Source: a virus
Lineage: Duplodnaviria > Caudoviricetes
Direction: 5' to 3' (one strand)
Length of the DNA: 64,000 nucleotides
IMG/VR virus record: IMGVR_UViG_2920580016_000002
Location: 26,285 to 90,284 of that record
The number at the start of each line of letters is the position of its first letter. The stretch's first letter is position 1. The notes beneath the pieces are model-generated. The model saw only the letters and a list, made by a program, of their open reading frames with translations, ran no database searches and was not told the origin of the DNA. A program made the translations under genes and the position numbers. Of this stretch, positions 16,782-26,116 are shown piece by piece.

Positions 16782-18733
16782 TTGGCTTCGCTCCAGCGGT
16801 CTACGACTTTAGTGTCTGATTCAAGGGGGACGGATATGAGGTTCTTGATTCCCTCGCCAAGCATTCCCTCGTGGATTGCCACGCGAGCTTCTTCGATAAG
16901 GGTGTCGGGTACTAGTGTGACCAATTCGTCGTGAACAGTGAGAATGAGCTTCGCTCCCTCGGGCAGAAGCGAGTGTGTTCTCACCATCGCGATTTTGATG
17001 ATGTCGGCAGCGCTGCCCTGAATGTGGCTGTTAATGATCTGCCGCTCTGCCTTCTGCCGAATCCACTTCGTGGGAGAGATCACATCCGGTACCCGGCGGA
17101 TGCGGCCGGTGAGAGTGCGGATGTGCGGCGGGTTGCGCGAGCGCGCGACAGATAGCAGCTTCTTCTTGTAGGCGTAGATCTCCGGGAAGCTCGCCTCGTG
17201 CTGTCCAATGATGTTCTGGGCCTCGGTCAGCGGGATTTTCGCGACTTCGGCGAGGAGGTGTTCGCCTCCGCCGTATCCGATGAGGAAGTTGATTCTCTTC
17301 CCGTAGTCGGTGCGCTGCTCGCCAGTAACCTGGTCGTGCGGCAGATTAAGGATCCCGGCGGCGGTAATAGTGTGCGGGTCAATGCCGTCCAGGAAACCTT
17401 GATGCAGTGCGCCAGGTCCAGCGAAGTGAGCCAGAATGCGCAGCTCAATCTGTGAGTAGTCCGCTACGATGAGCTTGTAGCCGGGCGGCGCGATAAATAG
17501 CCCGCGAATACGCTTGCCGAGATCAGTACCGGGCCTAGGGATGTTCTGAAGGTTCGGCTCGGAGGAACTGAAGCGGCCAGTGACCGTCCCGTACTGTTTG
17601 AAATTCGTGTGAATCTTGCCGGAGTGGATCTGGCAGGGCCGGTCCTTGGCCGTGGCGTCGCCCAGGTAGCCGTAGACGTACGTGGACAAGAGCTTGCTGG
17701 ATTCCTTGAAAGCCAGCAGAGCGTCCACCACCGGATTGCCTGCGGCCTTCTCCAGTGCATCGGCGTCCGTGGTGTAGTCCAGGAAGGTGACCCTCTCGCC
17801 CGCCTGCTTCTTCTTCTTGCCTCCGGCCGTGAGCTTGGTGGGCTTGATGCCCTGACCGCCCTTGGCCTTGGGGGAGTAGAGGACCTCGGCGACCTGGCGC
17901 GGGGCGTTGAGGTTGAACGCCTTACCGGCGCTCCGATAAACGTCCGCCTCCTGCTGCTCGATCAGCTTCTCCAGGTGGTCCTTGAGGCTGTGGAGCGCGG
18001 GAACGTCGAGAGGTGCTCCCTCCATGCCCATGGAGAGCAGGACTTCGAGGACGTCCATCTCCAGCCGGAAAACAGGGAAGAGACGCTGATCTTCGAGCCC
18101 CTTGAGGTTGCGGTTGCGCAGCCAGCGCGTGAAGCGGGTGTCGAGCAGGTTGTAGCGGGCGACGTCGTTGAAGAGGGTGGTGGCGATGTGCTTGCCGGTC
18201 TTGCCCTGGTCGTAGTCGGAGCCGAATTCCTCCCGGACGCGGGGCTTCAAGCCGTTCAACCGGTTCTCGTCAAGGAGCCACGAGGAGACCAAGGTGTCGT
18301 GGAACGGGGGCTTCGGCAACGAGCCGCCACGGTGCTTGGCGATCGAGATGGCGTCAAAGGTCAAGTTCTGGGCGACCTTCTCCCGGTCGCTCTCGAACAG
18401 CTCGTACGTCTCCTCGAAGACGATTGACGGGCGGAGCTGGGGAGGCGGCTCGTCCCATACAGGAACGCGGAAGTTCCGAACCTTGCCGTTCTTGTCGGTG
18501 CGCGGTTCCTTGCGCTCCCCGATGATCTTGTTGCCGATCGGGTGGCGCATGGGGATGACGGCGTCCACGCCGGGCGCGGAGAACGCGATCCAGGCGACAT
18601 CATTTCGGATGGGCGTGGTCGCGTACTCGCCGATGGTCTCGATGTCCCACGCAAAGTGGTCGTGTCGGGAGATCTCCTTGACGACGTGCCGCAGGTGCTC
18701 GACGTCGGAGACGATGTGTCGTGCCAGGCGCAT
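16778..18733 (-). CDS. Family A DNA polymerase with 3'-5' exonuclease
   Basis: DIET exo I, TGRFSS.EPNLQNIP, ADYSQIELR, K.INF..GYG, IQGSAAD, VHDE. Confidence 0.95.
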   Translation of the reverse strand: MRLARHIVSDVEHLRHVVKEISRHDHFAWDIETIGEYATTPIRNDVAWIAFSAPGVDAVIPMRHPIGNKIIGERKEPRTDKNGKVRNFRVPVWDEPPPQLRPSIVFEETYELFESDREKVAQNLTFDAISIAKHRGGSLPKPPFHDTLVSSWLLDENRLNGLKPRVREEFGSDYDQGKTGKHIATTLFNDVARYNLLDTRFTRWLRNRNLKGLEDQRLFPVFRLEMDVLEVLLSMGMEGAPLDVPALHSLKDHLEKLIEQQEADVYRSAGKAFNLNAPRQVAEVLYSPKAKGGQGIKPTKLTAGGKKKKQAGERVTFLDYTTDADALEKAAGNPVVDALLAFKESSKLLSTYVYGYLGDATAKDRPCQIHSGKIHTNFKQYGTVTGRFSSSEPNLQNIPRPGTDLGKRIRGLFIAPPGYKLIVADYSQIELRILAHFAGPGALHQGFLDGIDPHTITAAGILNLPHDQVTGEQRTDYGKRINFLIGYGGGEHLLAEVAKIPLTEAQNIIGQHEASFPEIYAYKKKLLSVARSRNPPHIRTLTGRIRRVPDVISPTKWIRQKAERQIINSHIQGSAADIIKIAMVRTHSLLPEGAKLILTVHDELVTLVPDTLIEEARVAIHEGMLGEGIKNLISVPLESDTKVVDRWSEAK

Positions 18734-18756
18734 GTGTGAGGACTCCGGGGGTGGCG

Positions 18757-18824
18757 AGGCCCCCACGACCTACCGTCCGGCTGGGGGGTTACCGGGCGGA
18801 AAAGGGTTTGGGTCGTGGGGGCCT
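18757..18824. other. Intergenic 14-bp perfect inverted repeat with nested 8-bp stem
   Basis: AGGCCCCCACGACC 18757-18770 / GGTCGTGGGGGCCT 18811-18824. Confidence 0.7.
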
Positions 18825-18843
18825 GGTTGTGTGGAAGAGCTGA

Positions 18844-19680
18844 CTAGGCCGCGAGTCCTTCGGCCAGCTCTTCCAGGTCCTCTACGGGGTCGATGCGGAC
18901 GGTGCCCTCAGCGTCGAACAGGTTCTCCATCAGCTCGTCGCGCTCCGCCTGGGTGAGCGGATCGATGTCCCACTCTTCCGCCAGGTCACGGGCCTTGACG
19001 GGGACGATGCTGTAGTCATACTTCGTCTGGCCGCCCGACTTCTTTTCGATGCGCTTGATGGCCCAGTACAGGTCCGGCTTGCCGTCGGCGTCGTCGAAGC
19101 GGTTGATGGGGCTGGTCTTCTCGCTGGTGGCCCAGTCGTGGATCAGGTCAGAAAGCTGCACGCCAGCGCGGAGGATGACGACCTTCGGGTCCCCGTCGTC
19201 GAAGGTCACGACGTTGAAGAGAACCCGTAGTGCGGGCTTCTTGTCCGTGACCTCGCACAGCGGACAGACGTTAACCTCCTTGCCCTTGGAGTCCCGCTCC
19301 GTGCCGTGGCAGGTGAACGACTGGCGGCCCTCCTGCTTGATCCAGTGCTCGCGGTAGACGGCGAACGGTTCGTCCTCCAGGAAGGCGATGATCTTGGGCT
19401 CGGAGCCGACCTTCAGGTTCTCACCGAAGGACTTACCGCCCTTGGCCTTCTCCTCGTTGTATCCGCCCCAGCCGCCAGCAGCGGAGGGGCCGACGTTGCG
19501 CTTCCCCTTGCTGGTGGCGCGCGGGGCCTCGTCGTCGGCGGAGCGGTTGATCTTACGGAAGGTGGGGCGCTGGGGCTTGGCCTCGGGGCTCTCGTGCTGC
19601 TCGTCGGTGTCGGGCTCGGGGGTGTACTGGCTGGCAGTGGGGGTGCTGGTCGCGCTACGGCGGGAAATGGAACGTGCCAT
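18844..19680 (-). CDS. Single-stranded DNA-binding protein (gp32-like)
   Basis: FL.DEPF..Y.EHW, C....CPLC, acidic C-terminus, next to polymerase. Confidence 0.75.
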   Translation of the reverse strand: MARSISRRSATSTPTASQYTPEPDTDEQHESPEAKPQRPTFRKINRSADDEAPRATSKGKRNVGPSAAGGWGGYNEEKAKGGKSFGENLKVGSEPKIIAFLEDEPFAVYREHWIKQEGRQSFTCHGTERDSKGKEVNVCPLCEVTDKKPALRVLFNVVTFDDGDPKVVILRAGVQLSDLIHDWATSEKTSPINRFDDADGKPDLYWAIKRIEKKSGGQTKYDYSIVPVKARDLAEEWDIDPLTQAERDELMENLFDAEGTVRIDPVEDLEELAEGLAA

Positions 19681-19700
19681 GGTTGGGGGTGTTGCCTCTC

Positions 19701-19937
19701 TCAGGCTGCTTCTTGGTCGTGAACGTGGGAGCGGTTGATGGCCAGGTCGCGGAGCCGGATGATGTCGTCGGCCAGGAACGTGTTGACGATGTTCTTGGCG
19801 CGGTTCAGAAGCTCTTCGGCGGTCAGGTCGCTCTCGTCCGGGAAGTCGGTGTCGGCCAGCTTGACCTGGCCCCCGTTCTCCTCCCACTCGAACTGACCGA
19901 GATTCGTGCGGATGACGCGGCGGTAGCTGACTTCCAT
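19701..19937 (-). CDS. Hypothetical protein
   Basis: Coupled ORF. Confidence 0.7.
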   Translation of the reverse strand: MEVSYRRVIRTNLGQFEWEENGGQVKLADTDFPDESDLTAEELLNRAKNIVNTFLADDIIRLRDLAINRSHVHDQEAA

Positions 19938-19938
19938 G

Positions 19939-20370
19939 TCAGGCGGCCACCTTCTGTGCCAGGGCGGCTTGCGCCGCGTCGAAAAGGGCTTGAACGCGGC
20001 GAGTGAAGGCCGTGCGTGTGATCTGGACGTTGTAGCGCTCCAGGACGCCCTCTTCGCGGGCGATGCGCACGATGCCGAGCATCATGTCTTCGCTGTAGTA
20101 GTAGCGGATGCCGTGCTTGGAGCCGGTGGCCGTCGTGGCGATGTTCTGCCAGAACGGAGAGCGCGGGAGCGTGCCGTTGGATCTCCAGAGGCGGATGACG
20201 CTGGGCTTGCGGTTGAGCATCTCGGCCAGAGCCGCGATCTCCCAGAACTTGATGGTCTTCGTAACGCCGCGCACCGTGACTTCCCGCTCGATGTAGGGAA
20301 GCTCGTACAGGCGGGCGCGGTCTTCGTCGGCCGGAAGGGCAGACCAGAGAGGGCGACCAGGGTGTTCCAT
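19939..20370 (-). CDS. MerR-like HTH DNA-binding protein
   Basis: IAALAEMLNRKPSVIRLW...G.LP. Confidence 0.75.
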   Translation of the reverse strand: MEHPGRPLWSALPADEDRARLYELPYIEREVTVRGVTKTIKFWEIAALAEMLNRKPSVIRLWRSNGTLPRSPFWQNIATTATGSKHGIRYYYSEDMMLGIVRIAREEGVLERYNVQITRTAFTRRVQALFDAAQAALAQKVAA

Positions 20371-20377
20371 GTGCGGC

Positions 20378-20836
20378 TCAGATCCTCTTGATCGTGTACG
20401 TAGTGGAGCTGGTGAAGAGCGATTGCAGCTCTTCGCGGGTGATCAGCCCTTCCTGCTGGAGGGCGAAGAGGGCGTCCTGGTCGATCTCCTCGATCTCGAC
20501 CTTGCGGATGACCCGGTCCAGGAGGCCCTTCTCCTCTGCGAGGTCGTAGACGGCGTCCTCATCCAGGCGGATGCTCTCGCTGCGCTGGCGGACGAAGCCC
20601 TTGACCTGCTTCCCGCCGATTTCGATGGGCTCGGAGAAGCGGACCCTGCGGTGACCTTTGGCGTCAGTAACCCCCGCCTTGGCCGCGTAGGCGTCCATCG
20701 CATCCCGCAGGGTCTTGACCCGCTCCCCGAGCCTCTTGACGTCCTCGTCGAGGGCGAACTTCTGCCGTGCCGTCACCGTGATCTCCTCCAAGCTCGGCAG
20801 CGGCGCTGAGCTGGTCGGATTGCGGCGGATGGGCAT
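20378..20836 (-). CDS. Hypothetical protein (Gam/Gp157-like coiled coil possible)
   Basis: SD GAGGA; helical N-half. Confidence 0.75.
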   Translation of the reverse strand: MPIRRNPTSSAPLPSLEEITVTARQKFALDEDVKRLGERVKTLRDAMDAYAAKAGVTDAKGHRRVRFSEPIEIGGKQVKGFVRQRSESIRLDEDAVYDLAEEKGLLDRVIRKVEIEEIDQDALFALQQEGLITREELQSLFTSSTTYTIKRI

Positions 20837-20897
20837 GGGGGTCGTCCTCGTAGGGCTCGTCGGCAGAAACTATTAGAAATCTACCCCGATATTGCCC

Positions 20898-20948
20898 CAG
20901 TTACTTAACCCCCACCGGTAACGATCCGGACATCGAGGTTAGTAACTG
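20898..20948. promoter_or_regulatory. Inverted pair of CAGTTACT(T)AACC boxes
   Basis: CAGTTACTTAACC 20898-20910 and GGTTAGTAACTG 20937-20948. Confidence 0.55.
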
Positions 20949-20954
20949 TCCAGA

Positions 20955-22586
20955 TCACCCGGCGGCTGCCTGCTCAGCATGCCGGGACAGGCTTCCGACC
21001 AGCGCAGACACGCTGCCGTCGGCGTCGGCTCCGTGACCATCCACGATGGCTGAGGCAACCGTGCCCTTGACTTGGAGCCGGTCGTACTGCCGGATCTCGA
21101 TCGTGTCCAACGTCGGCACATCCACGATCGTCACGGTCTCATGCTTGCTGCTCGCCCGGCGGATCCGACCGTTGATTTGGATACGCTGACCTGCGGAAAG
21201 AGGCGGGTCGTAGTTGATCAGATGGGAGCCTCCGGGCAGGTCAACGCCATAGGCTCCGGCGTGACTCATCAAGATCACCCGAGTATCGGGGTCGCGATTG
21301 AAGGCATCAGCGGCCTCCTCTTTAGCTGCCTCCGACAGCTCCCCGTGGTACGCGACGATTCCGATATCAGGCCCGATATTGGACCGGAAAATCTGCTCCA
21401 TACCCCGGTACCTACTGACAATCACCACCTTGTACGCCGGGTCAGCCGCCAAGATCTCCCGAACCTTGGTCGTGACCAGGTCCAGCTTGGGCGAGCTGGC
21501 CAGCTCCTTCAGGTGGTAGGCGGTGGCGAACTTCGCGGCGTACGCGGAGCCGGGAAGGTCCTTGGGGACCTTGCCTCCGGCCTCCTTCCTCGCCTGTGCC
21601 TGCTCGTACTCAAAAGCCGACGTCACCACCAACTGCGGGTGGTTGATGAGCATCTGCATCGTGCTGTAGACGGCCATCGCCTTACCGGCCTTGGAGGTCT
21701 CGTCGTAGCCGCCGTAGTAGGCCGCCAAGTCAAAGTCGCCAGAGCCGCTGACCTGCGCCAACTCGTAGGACAGGTCGGCCGCCGCCTGCCCGTACAAGGT
21801 GCGCGTCGCAACGTCCATGGTCACTGGCCACGTCTCGTAGAGCGTCTTGGGCATGTACGCGGCGACATCGGGGTCCTCGATCCGCAGCCGGATCATGGCC
21901 GGGGAGAGCTTCCGGTGCAGCGTCGGCAGGTTTCTGTACCGCCTCGGCCGTCCCCAGTGATCACGGACAATGTACGCCTTGTCGAAGTCTGAAGCGTCTC
22001 CAAGCAGCTTGTCGTCTACCCACTCCATGATCCCGAAAATGTTCTCCGGCCGGTGCTCCACAGGAGTCGCCGTCAGTGCCAACCGGAAGGCGGCCTTGAC
22101 CGTGCGCAGCCGCTTTGCCCGTGTGGAGGTACGGCTGGACAGGACCGTGGCCTCATCGAGAATCACCATGTCGGCCAGGTGCTTGAACTTCCTGATGTCG
22201 CGGGCAACCGTCTCGTAACCGGCGATGACGTACTGCGGGCGGCGCTCGATCACGTCGGCGATCTGCCGCTTGCGCTGCTCGGGTGTGCCGCCGACGATTA
22301 CGCACCACCGGTCGGTCGGGACGGTGATCTCGCGCTTGCCGACCTTCTTCGTGGTGGTCTCCACGTCGGTGTGCTCGGCGATGGCGCGAGCCCACTGGAG
22401 CCGGAGAGAAGCCGGGCAGATGATCAGGACCAGCGTGTCGTTACCGGCCTCCAGGATCTTCTCTGCCATGGCGATGCTCGTGACGGTCTTGCCCAGACCG
22501 GTGTCATAGGCAAGCAAGAGATTTCCCCGATCGGAAAAGCGGGGAACAGCGGGAGCTTGGTAGGGAAACAGGTGTGTGAGAAGCAT
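20955..22586 (-). CDS. SNF2/SF2 helicase
   Basis: DTGLGKT, ICPASL, DEAT, LTATP, Q..GR..R; start trimmed to ATG 22586. Confidence 0.9.
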   Translation of the reverse strand: MLLTHLFPYQAPAVPRFSDRGNLLLAYDTGLGKTVTSIAMAEKILEAGNDTLVLIICPASLRLQWARAIAEHTDVETTTKKVGKREITVPTDRWCVIVGGTPEQRKRQIADVIERRPQYVIAGYETVARDIRKFKHLADMVILDEATVLSSRTSTRAKRLRTVKAAFRLALTATPVEHRPENIFGIMEWVDDKLLGDASDFDKAYIVRDHWGRPRRYRNLPTLHRKLSPAMIRLRIEDPDVAAYMPKTLYETWPVTMDVATRTLYGQAAADLSYELAQVSGSGDFDLAAYYGGYDETSKAGKAMAVYSTMQMLINHPQLVVTSAFEYEQAQARKEAGGKVPKDLPGSAYAAKFATAYHLKELASSPKLDLVTTKVREILAADPAYKVVIVSRYRGMEQIFRSNIGPDIGIVAYHGELSEAAKEEAADAFNRDPDTRVILMSHAGAYGVDLPGGSHLINYDPPLSAGQRIQINGRIRRASSKHETVTIVDVPTLDTIEIRQYDRLQVKGTVASAIVDGHGADADGSVSALVGSLSRHAEQAAAG

Positions 22587-22588
22587 GA

Positions 22589-23596
22589 TCACCAACGCAT
22601 GAGGGAGAAGGGCATGGCTCGTTCGAGCTGGGCATGGATTTGCTTGGAGGTGAGGAGGACGGTGTTGCCGTCGGCGTCCTTGTAGCCGCCGGGATCGCAG
22701 CCCCAAGGCAAGTCCTCGTGGGTGACGACGGCGACGGAGGTGTAGCGCTTGTGCAGCTCCCAGCCGACGTATTCGGCGGAACGCCAGCCCGCCTCGTCGT
22801 TGTCCATCCAGACAATGACCCGCCGGAACCTGCTCAGCAGGGCGATCTGAGCGGCGGAGACCTTCGCTCCGAACGTCGCCACGGGGTACTCCACACCGAA
22901 CGTCGCCAGGACAGCGCAGTCCAGCGGGGATTCGATCAGGACGCCGGTACCCGGCACAGGCGGCGTCAGATGCAGACCGAAGACGGTTTCGCTCTTCTTG
23001 ACGCCGTACGGCCGGTTGCGCACGTAGCCGGACGACTTGGTCTGCCAGCCCATGAGCCTGCCGGAGACGTCGCGGATGGGGGTGATCCACGCGGAGTGCT
23101 TGGGGTCCCAGAGGATCCCGAATTTCCGGGCCGCCTCCAGGAAGATGCCGCGCTTGTCCAGCTCGTCAGCCGGTGGATCGACGTACAGCGCGAGCGAGGC
23201 TTCGCTGATCTTCTTGCGCTCCGGCTCCGGCTCGCGCTCTTCGTACATGCGGGTGACGGCGGCCACGGTGCCTTTGCTGCGGATCCACGCGACGGCCTGG
23301 CCGTGCTCGACCCCGAGTACATAGGCGACCAGCTCGGCGAAGCGGCCGGAGAAGCCGCACGAGAAGCAATTGAACTTCCCATGATCGGCGTTGACCGAGA
23401 AGGACGGGTTCCGGTCCTCGTGGCCGAGACGCTCCAGGTGTGCTGGGCAGCGGGCGGAGACCTCGCCGTACTCCTCGCTGAGGATCTCCAGGCCAAGGGC
23501 TCCCATGGCAGCGGCCACGTCTCCGGGTACGACGTCGGCGAAGGCGTCCCAGCCCTTCGCGATCTTTTCCCGGTTAGGTAGACGGTTAGAAGCCAT
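22589..23596 (-). CDS. DNA primase (CHC2 zinc finger + Toprim)
   Basis: CP.H..HEDRNPSFSVN..CFSCG; IESPLD; DNDEAG. Confidence 0.9.
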   Translation of the reverse strand: MASNRLPNREKIAKGWDAFADVVPGDVAAAMGALGLEILSEEYGEVSARCPAHLERLGHEDRNPSFSVNADHGKFNCFSCGFSGRFAELVAYVLGVEHGQAVAWIRSKGTVAAVTRMYEEREPEPERKKISEASLALYVDPPADELDKRGIFLEAARKFGILWDPKHSAWITPIRDVSGRLMGWQTKSSGYVRNRPYGVKKSETVFGLHLTPPVPGTGVLIESPLDCAVLATFGVEYPVATFGAKVSAAQIALLSRFRRVIVWMDNDEAGWRSAEYVGWELHKRYTSVAVVTHEDLPWGCDPGGYKDADGNTVLLTSKQIHAQLERAMPFSLMRW

Positions 23597-24839
23597 GGTT
23601 GTCGTCCGCGTCATCGTCGTCGCCGAAGGGGTTGTGCTCCAGCTCGTAGAACTTGCCTTGGACCCAATTCCGGTAGAACCAGAAGTCCATCGGGCTACCG
23701 TTGCGGCAGGCCAGGATCTTGATCATGGCAATGATCGGGTCCTCGGTCACCTGCACACCGATGAGCACGTCCGCCCACTGCTGGAAGCCGGAGGAGTAGC
23801 CGAAGCTGGCGAGGGTGACTTCCTCGCCATGCATCTTGGACTGGAGCATCTGGGTTGAGGCCAGGATGGGGATGTTCCGCCGCATCGCCCCGAATTTCAG
23901 GTGGGCGCAGATGTGACGCAGGGCCTTGTCCGAGCCGACATCCTCCCCAAGATCGTCCTGCATCATGTAGAGCCCGTCCACGACAATCAGGTCCGGCTTG
24001 AGCATGTCGGCCATGGCCAGGATCCCACTCGGGGTCGTGGAAGTATCAGGGTCGGTCGCAAGCCAGAAGTTCGGGAACAGCTCCATGCCCCTGACAGCGC
24101 GTTCGACCTTGCGGAATTCCTTGAGAGCGAGCGAGCCGTCCCGCAAGGCGTTATGAGCAACCATGGCCTCGATGGCGTCCAGGCGCTCTTCCTGCTCCTC
24201 GCGCGACATCTCGAAGCCGACGAACAGGATCTTCTTGCCCGCCTTCCACGCGGCAATGGCCGCCAGCAGCAGGAACGTAGACTTCCCGCTCTTGGGCCTG
24301 CCACCGAAGACGACGAAGTTCCCTCCACGCCAACCGCCGATGGCCTCGTTGAGCAGTTGGAACCCGGTAGTGATGCCCTTGAGCGCACCGTCATGGTCGC
24401 GGAGTTCCTGGTAGCGGTCCAAGCGCTCTTGGCCGTTTGCGGTGACGTCCACAGCCACCGACGTGGGCACGTCGGCCATCACGCCCGCCACGGCGGCGGC
24501 CAGGCCCTTGAGCGCCCCTTGGGTGTTGCCCGCCTGAAGGTCGTGAGCGGCGCGGTAGACCGCTGTGTCGAGCAGGAACCCCGTCCGCTTGTCGCGGGCC
24601 TGCTCCAGGACGTACTCCAGCGGCTCCAGCTCGGAGTCCAGCTCGTAGTTCGGGTACTCGCTGGCGAAGACGCGCTGGGAAGGAACCTTCCCGTAGCGGC
24701 CGTAGTACTCCAGGATGAAGTCCCAGGCGTCCTGGGCGGCGGGATCGGCGAACCATTCGCGCTTGACCCCGGCGTCCACGGCGGCCTTGAGGCCGTCGGC
24801 CCAGACGGTGTGGCTGATGATCTGCCGGAAGATGTCCAT
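23586..24839 (-). CDS. DnaB-like replicative helicase
   Basis: GRPKSGKS, FEMS, VVDGLYM, STQ. Confidence 0.92.
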   Translation of the reverse strand: MDIFRQIISHTVWADGLKAAVDAGVKREWFADPAAQDAWDFILEYYGRYGKVPSQRVFASEYPNYELDSELEPLEYVLEQARDKRTGFLLDTAVYRAAHDLQAGNTQGALKGLAAAVAGVMADVPTSVAVDVTANGQERLDRYQELRDHDGALKGITTGFQLLNEAIGGWRGGNFVVFGGRPKSGKSTFLLLAAIAAWKAGKKILFVGFEMSREEQEERLDAIEAMVAHNALRDGSLALKEFRKVERAVRGMELFPNFWLATDPDTSTTPSGILAMADMLKPDLIVVDGLYMMQDDLGEDVGSDKALRHICAHLKFGAMRRNIPILASTQMLQSKMHGEEVTLASFGYSSGFQQWADVLIGVQVTEDPIIAMIKILACRNGSPMDFWFYRNWVQGKFYELEHNPFGDDDDADDNHGF

Positions 24840-25277
24840 TCAGAATGCCCCGAGAAATTGCTTGTTGTGGCTGGTCACGATGCGGGTCCGGTTGCCGTAA
24901 GTGAACTGGCGGACAGGATCGCCGTCGTAGACAGCGCTGACGTACGGCATGTAGGCGAGCTGGCGGGCCAGGGCCTCCGGGCTGTCGGCTGCCCAGGCAG
25001 TACGGGCTGGGAAGTTCTGGGTACGGAGCACTTCCCGGATGCTGGAAGCGACTTCCTCCCCCATGAAGGTCACGAGTTCCACGTTGACGTCGGCCCGGAG
25101 GGTGAGCCGCCACAGCGCGGCCTCTGCCGTCTGGTCCCAGGCGAAGGCGTCGGCGGCCGGAGGCTTGGCCTTGCGCCAGCGGCGCGTGGGACCGGCGGCC
25201 GGAGGCGTGGCGATCACGGTCTCGAAGACCACGAGGACGGTCGGCAGCACCTCCGACGAGAGGTCACCGCCCTGCAT
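24840..25277 (-). CDS. Hypothetical protein
   Basis: Coupled ORF in replication module. Confidence 0.75.
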   Translation of the reverse strand: MQGGDLSSEVLPTVLVVFETVIATPPAAGPTRRWRKAKPPAADAFAWDQTAEAALWRLTLRADVNVELVTFMGEEVASSIREVLRTQNFPARTAWAADSPEALARQLAYMPYVSAVYDGDPVRQFTYGNRTRIVTSHNKQFLGAF

Positions 25278-25503
25278 CGTCGTCCATCTCCAAGATGGTG
25301 CCGGTGAAGGTCACCGTGATGTGGATGTGGTCGCCTTTCGGCGCGTGGAAGATCTCGCCCTGGGCGTTGTGAAAGCCCTCACTGGCGGCCTTCTCGTACA
25401 GGTAGCGGCCCATGTTCGCCTGCACAACATGGAAGTTCTCCAGGTCAAGCCAGCGCGGGAGGGTGGCTGTGGCGGTGAAGACCTTCCGGGTGATCTTAGG
25501 CAC
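25264..25503 (-). CDS. Hypothetical protein
   Basis: GTG 25503 next to DnaC stop. Confidence 0.65.
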   Translation of the reverse strand: MPKITRKVFTATATLPRWLDLENFHVVQANMGRYLYEKAASEGFHNAQGEIFHAPKGDHIHITVTFTGTILEMDDDAGR

Positions 25504-26116
25504 GGCGCATGTCCTTTCCGGCGAGATGGATGATCGTGAAAGCCTGGTGGGCGAAGGACGACATGCTGGCGTCATACATCTCGTCCCACTTCTCCAGCTT
25601 CTCGTTGGTGCTGGCCACGGTGGGCAGGCCGTCTTCGTACCGGCCGCGAATCAGGTCGGTGATCTGGGAACCGACGTAGCCAGATTCGGTGCGGTACTCC
25701 TTGCCGACGTCATCGATCACCAGCAGGCCGACCGTCCGCAGGCGCTTGATCCGCTTGGCGATCTTCGGCCCGGCGGTGCCAGCCACGACGGCGCGCATGT
25801 CGGAGAGCATGCGGCTGGCCTTGTAGTACAAGATCGTGTTGTCGTGCGTCCAGTGCACTTCGCTGGCGGTCATGCAGGCGAGCGTGGTCTTGCCGGTGCC
25901 GTGGGAGCCGATGAGGAGGATCCCCTTGCCGACGCGCGAGCGGTCCGTGGACGTCCGGCCGTAGTGCTGGTCGAAGTCGGCCGCGAACTTGGCGCAGGTG
26001 GCGATGGCCTGCTCGCTGGACGGGTTGTGGATCTTCCAGTCGTCGAAGCCTCGTCCCCGGCATTCGTGGGGGATCTGCGCGGTCTCCCAGCGCCAGGCGT
26101 AGTCAATGGGCAGCAT
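25496..26116 (-). CDS. DnaC/IstB-like AAA+ helicase loader
   Basis: GSHGTGKT Walker A, LLVIDDVGKE Walker B, STN. Confidence 0.9.
   Translation of the reverse strand: MLPIDYAWRWETAQIPHECRGRGFDDWKIHNPSSEQAIATCAKFAADFDQHYGRTSTDRSRVGKGILLIGSHGTGKTTLACMTASEVHWTHDNTILYYKASRMLSDMRAVVAGTAGPKIAKRIKRLRTVGLLVIDDVGKEYRTESGYVGSQITDLIRGRYEDGLPTVASTNEKLEKWDEMYDASMSSFAHQAFTIIHLAGKDMRRA

Noticed and set aside
13789-18733. Inteins or introns in RNR or polymerase (also checked terL and DnaB)
   Set aside because: Catalytic motifs are contiguous; the RNR insertion lacks intein termini.
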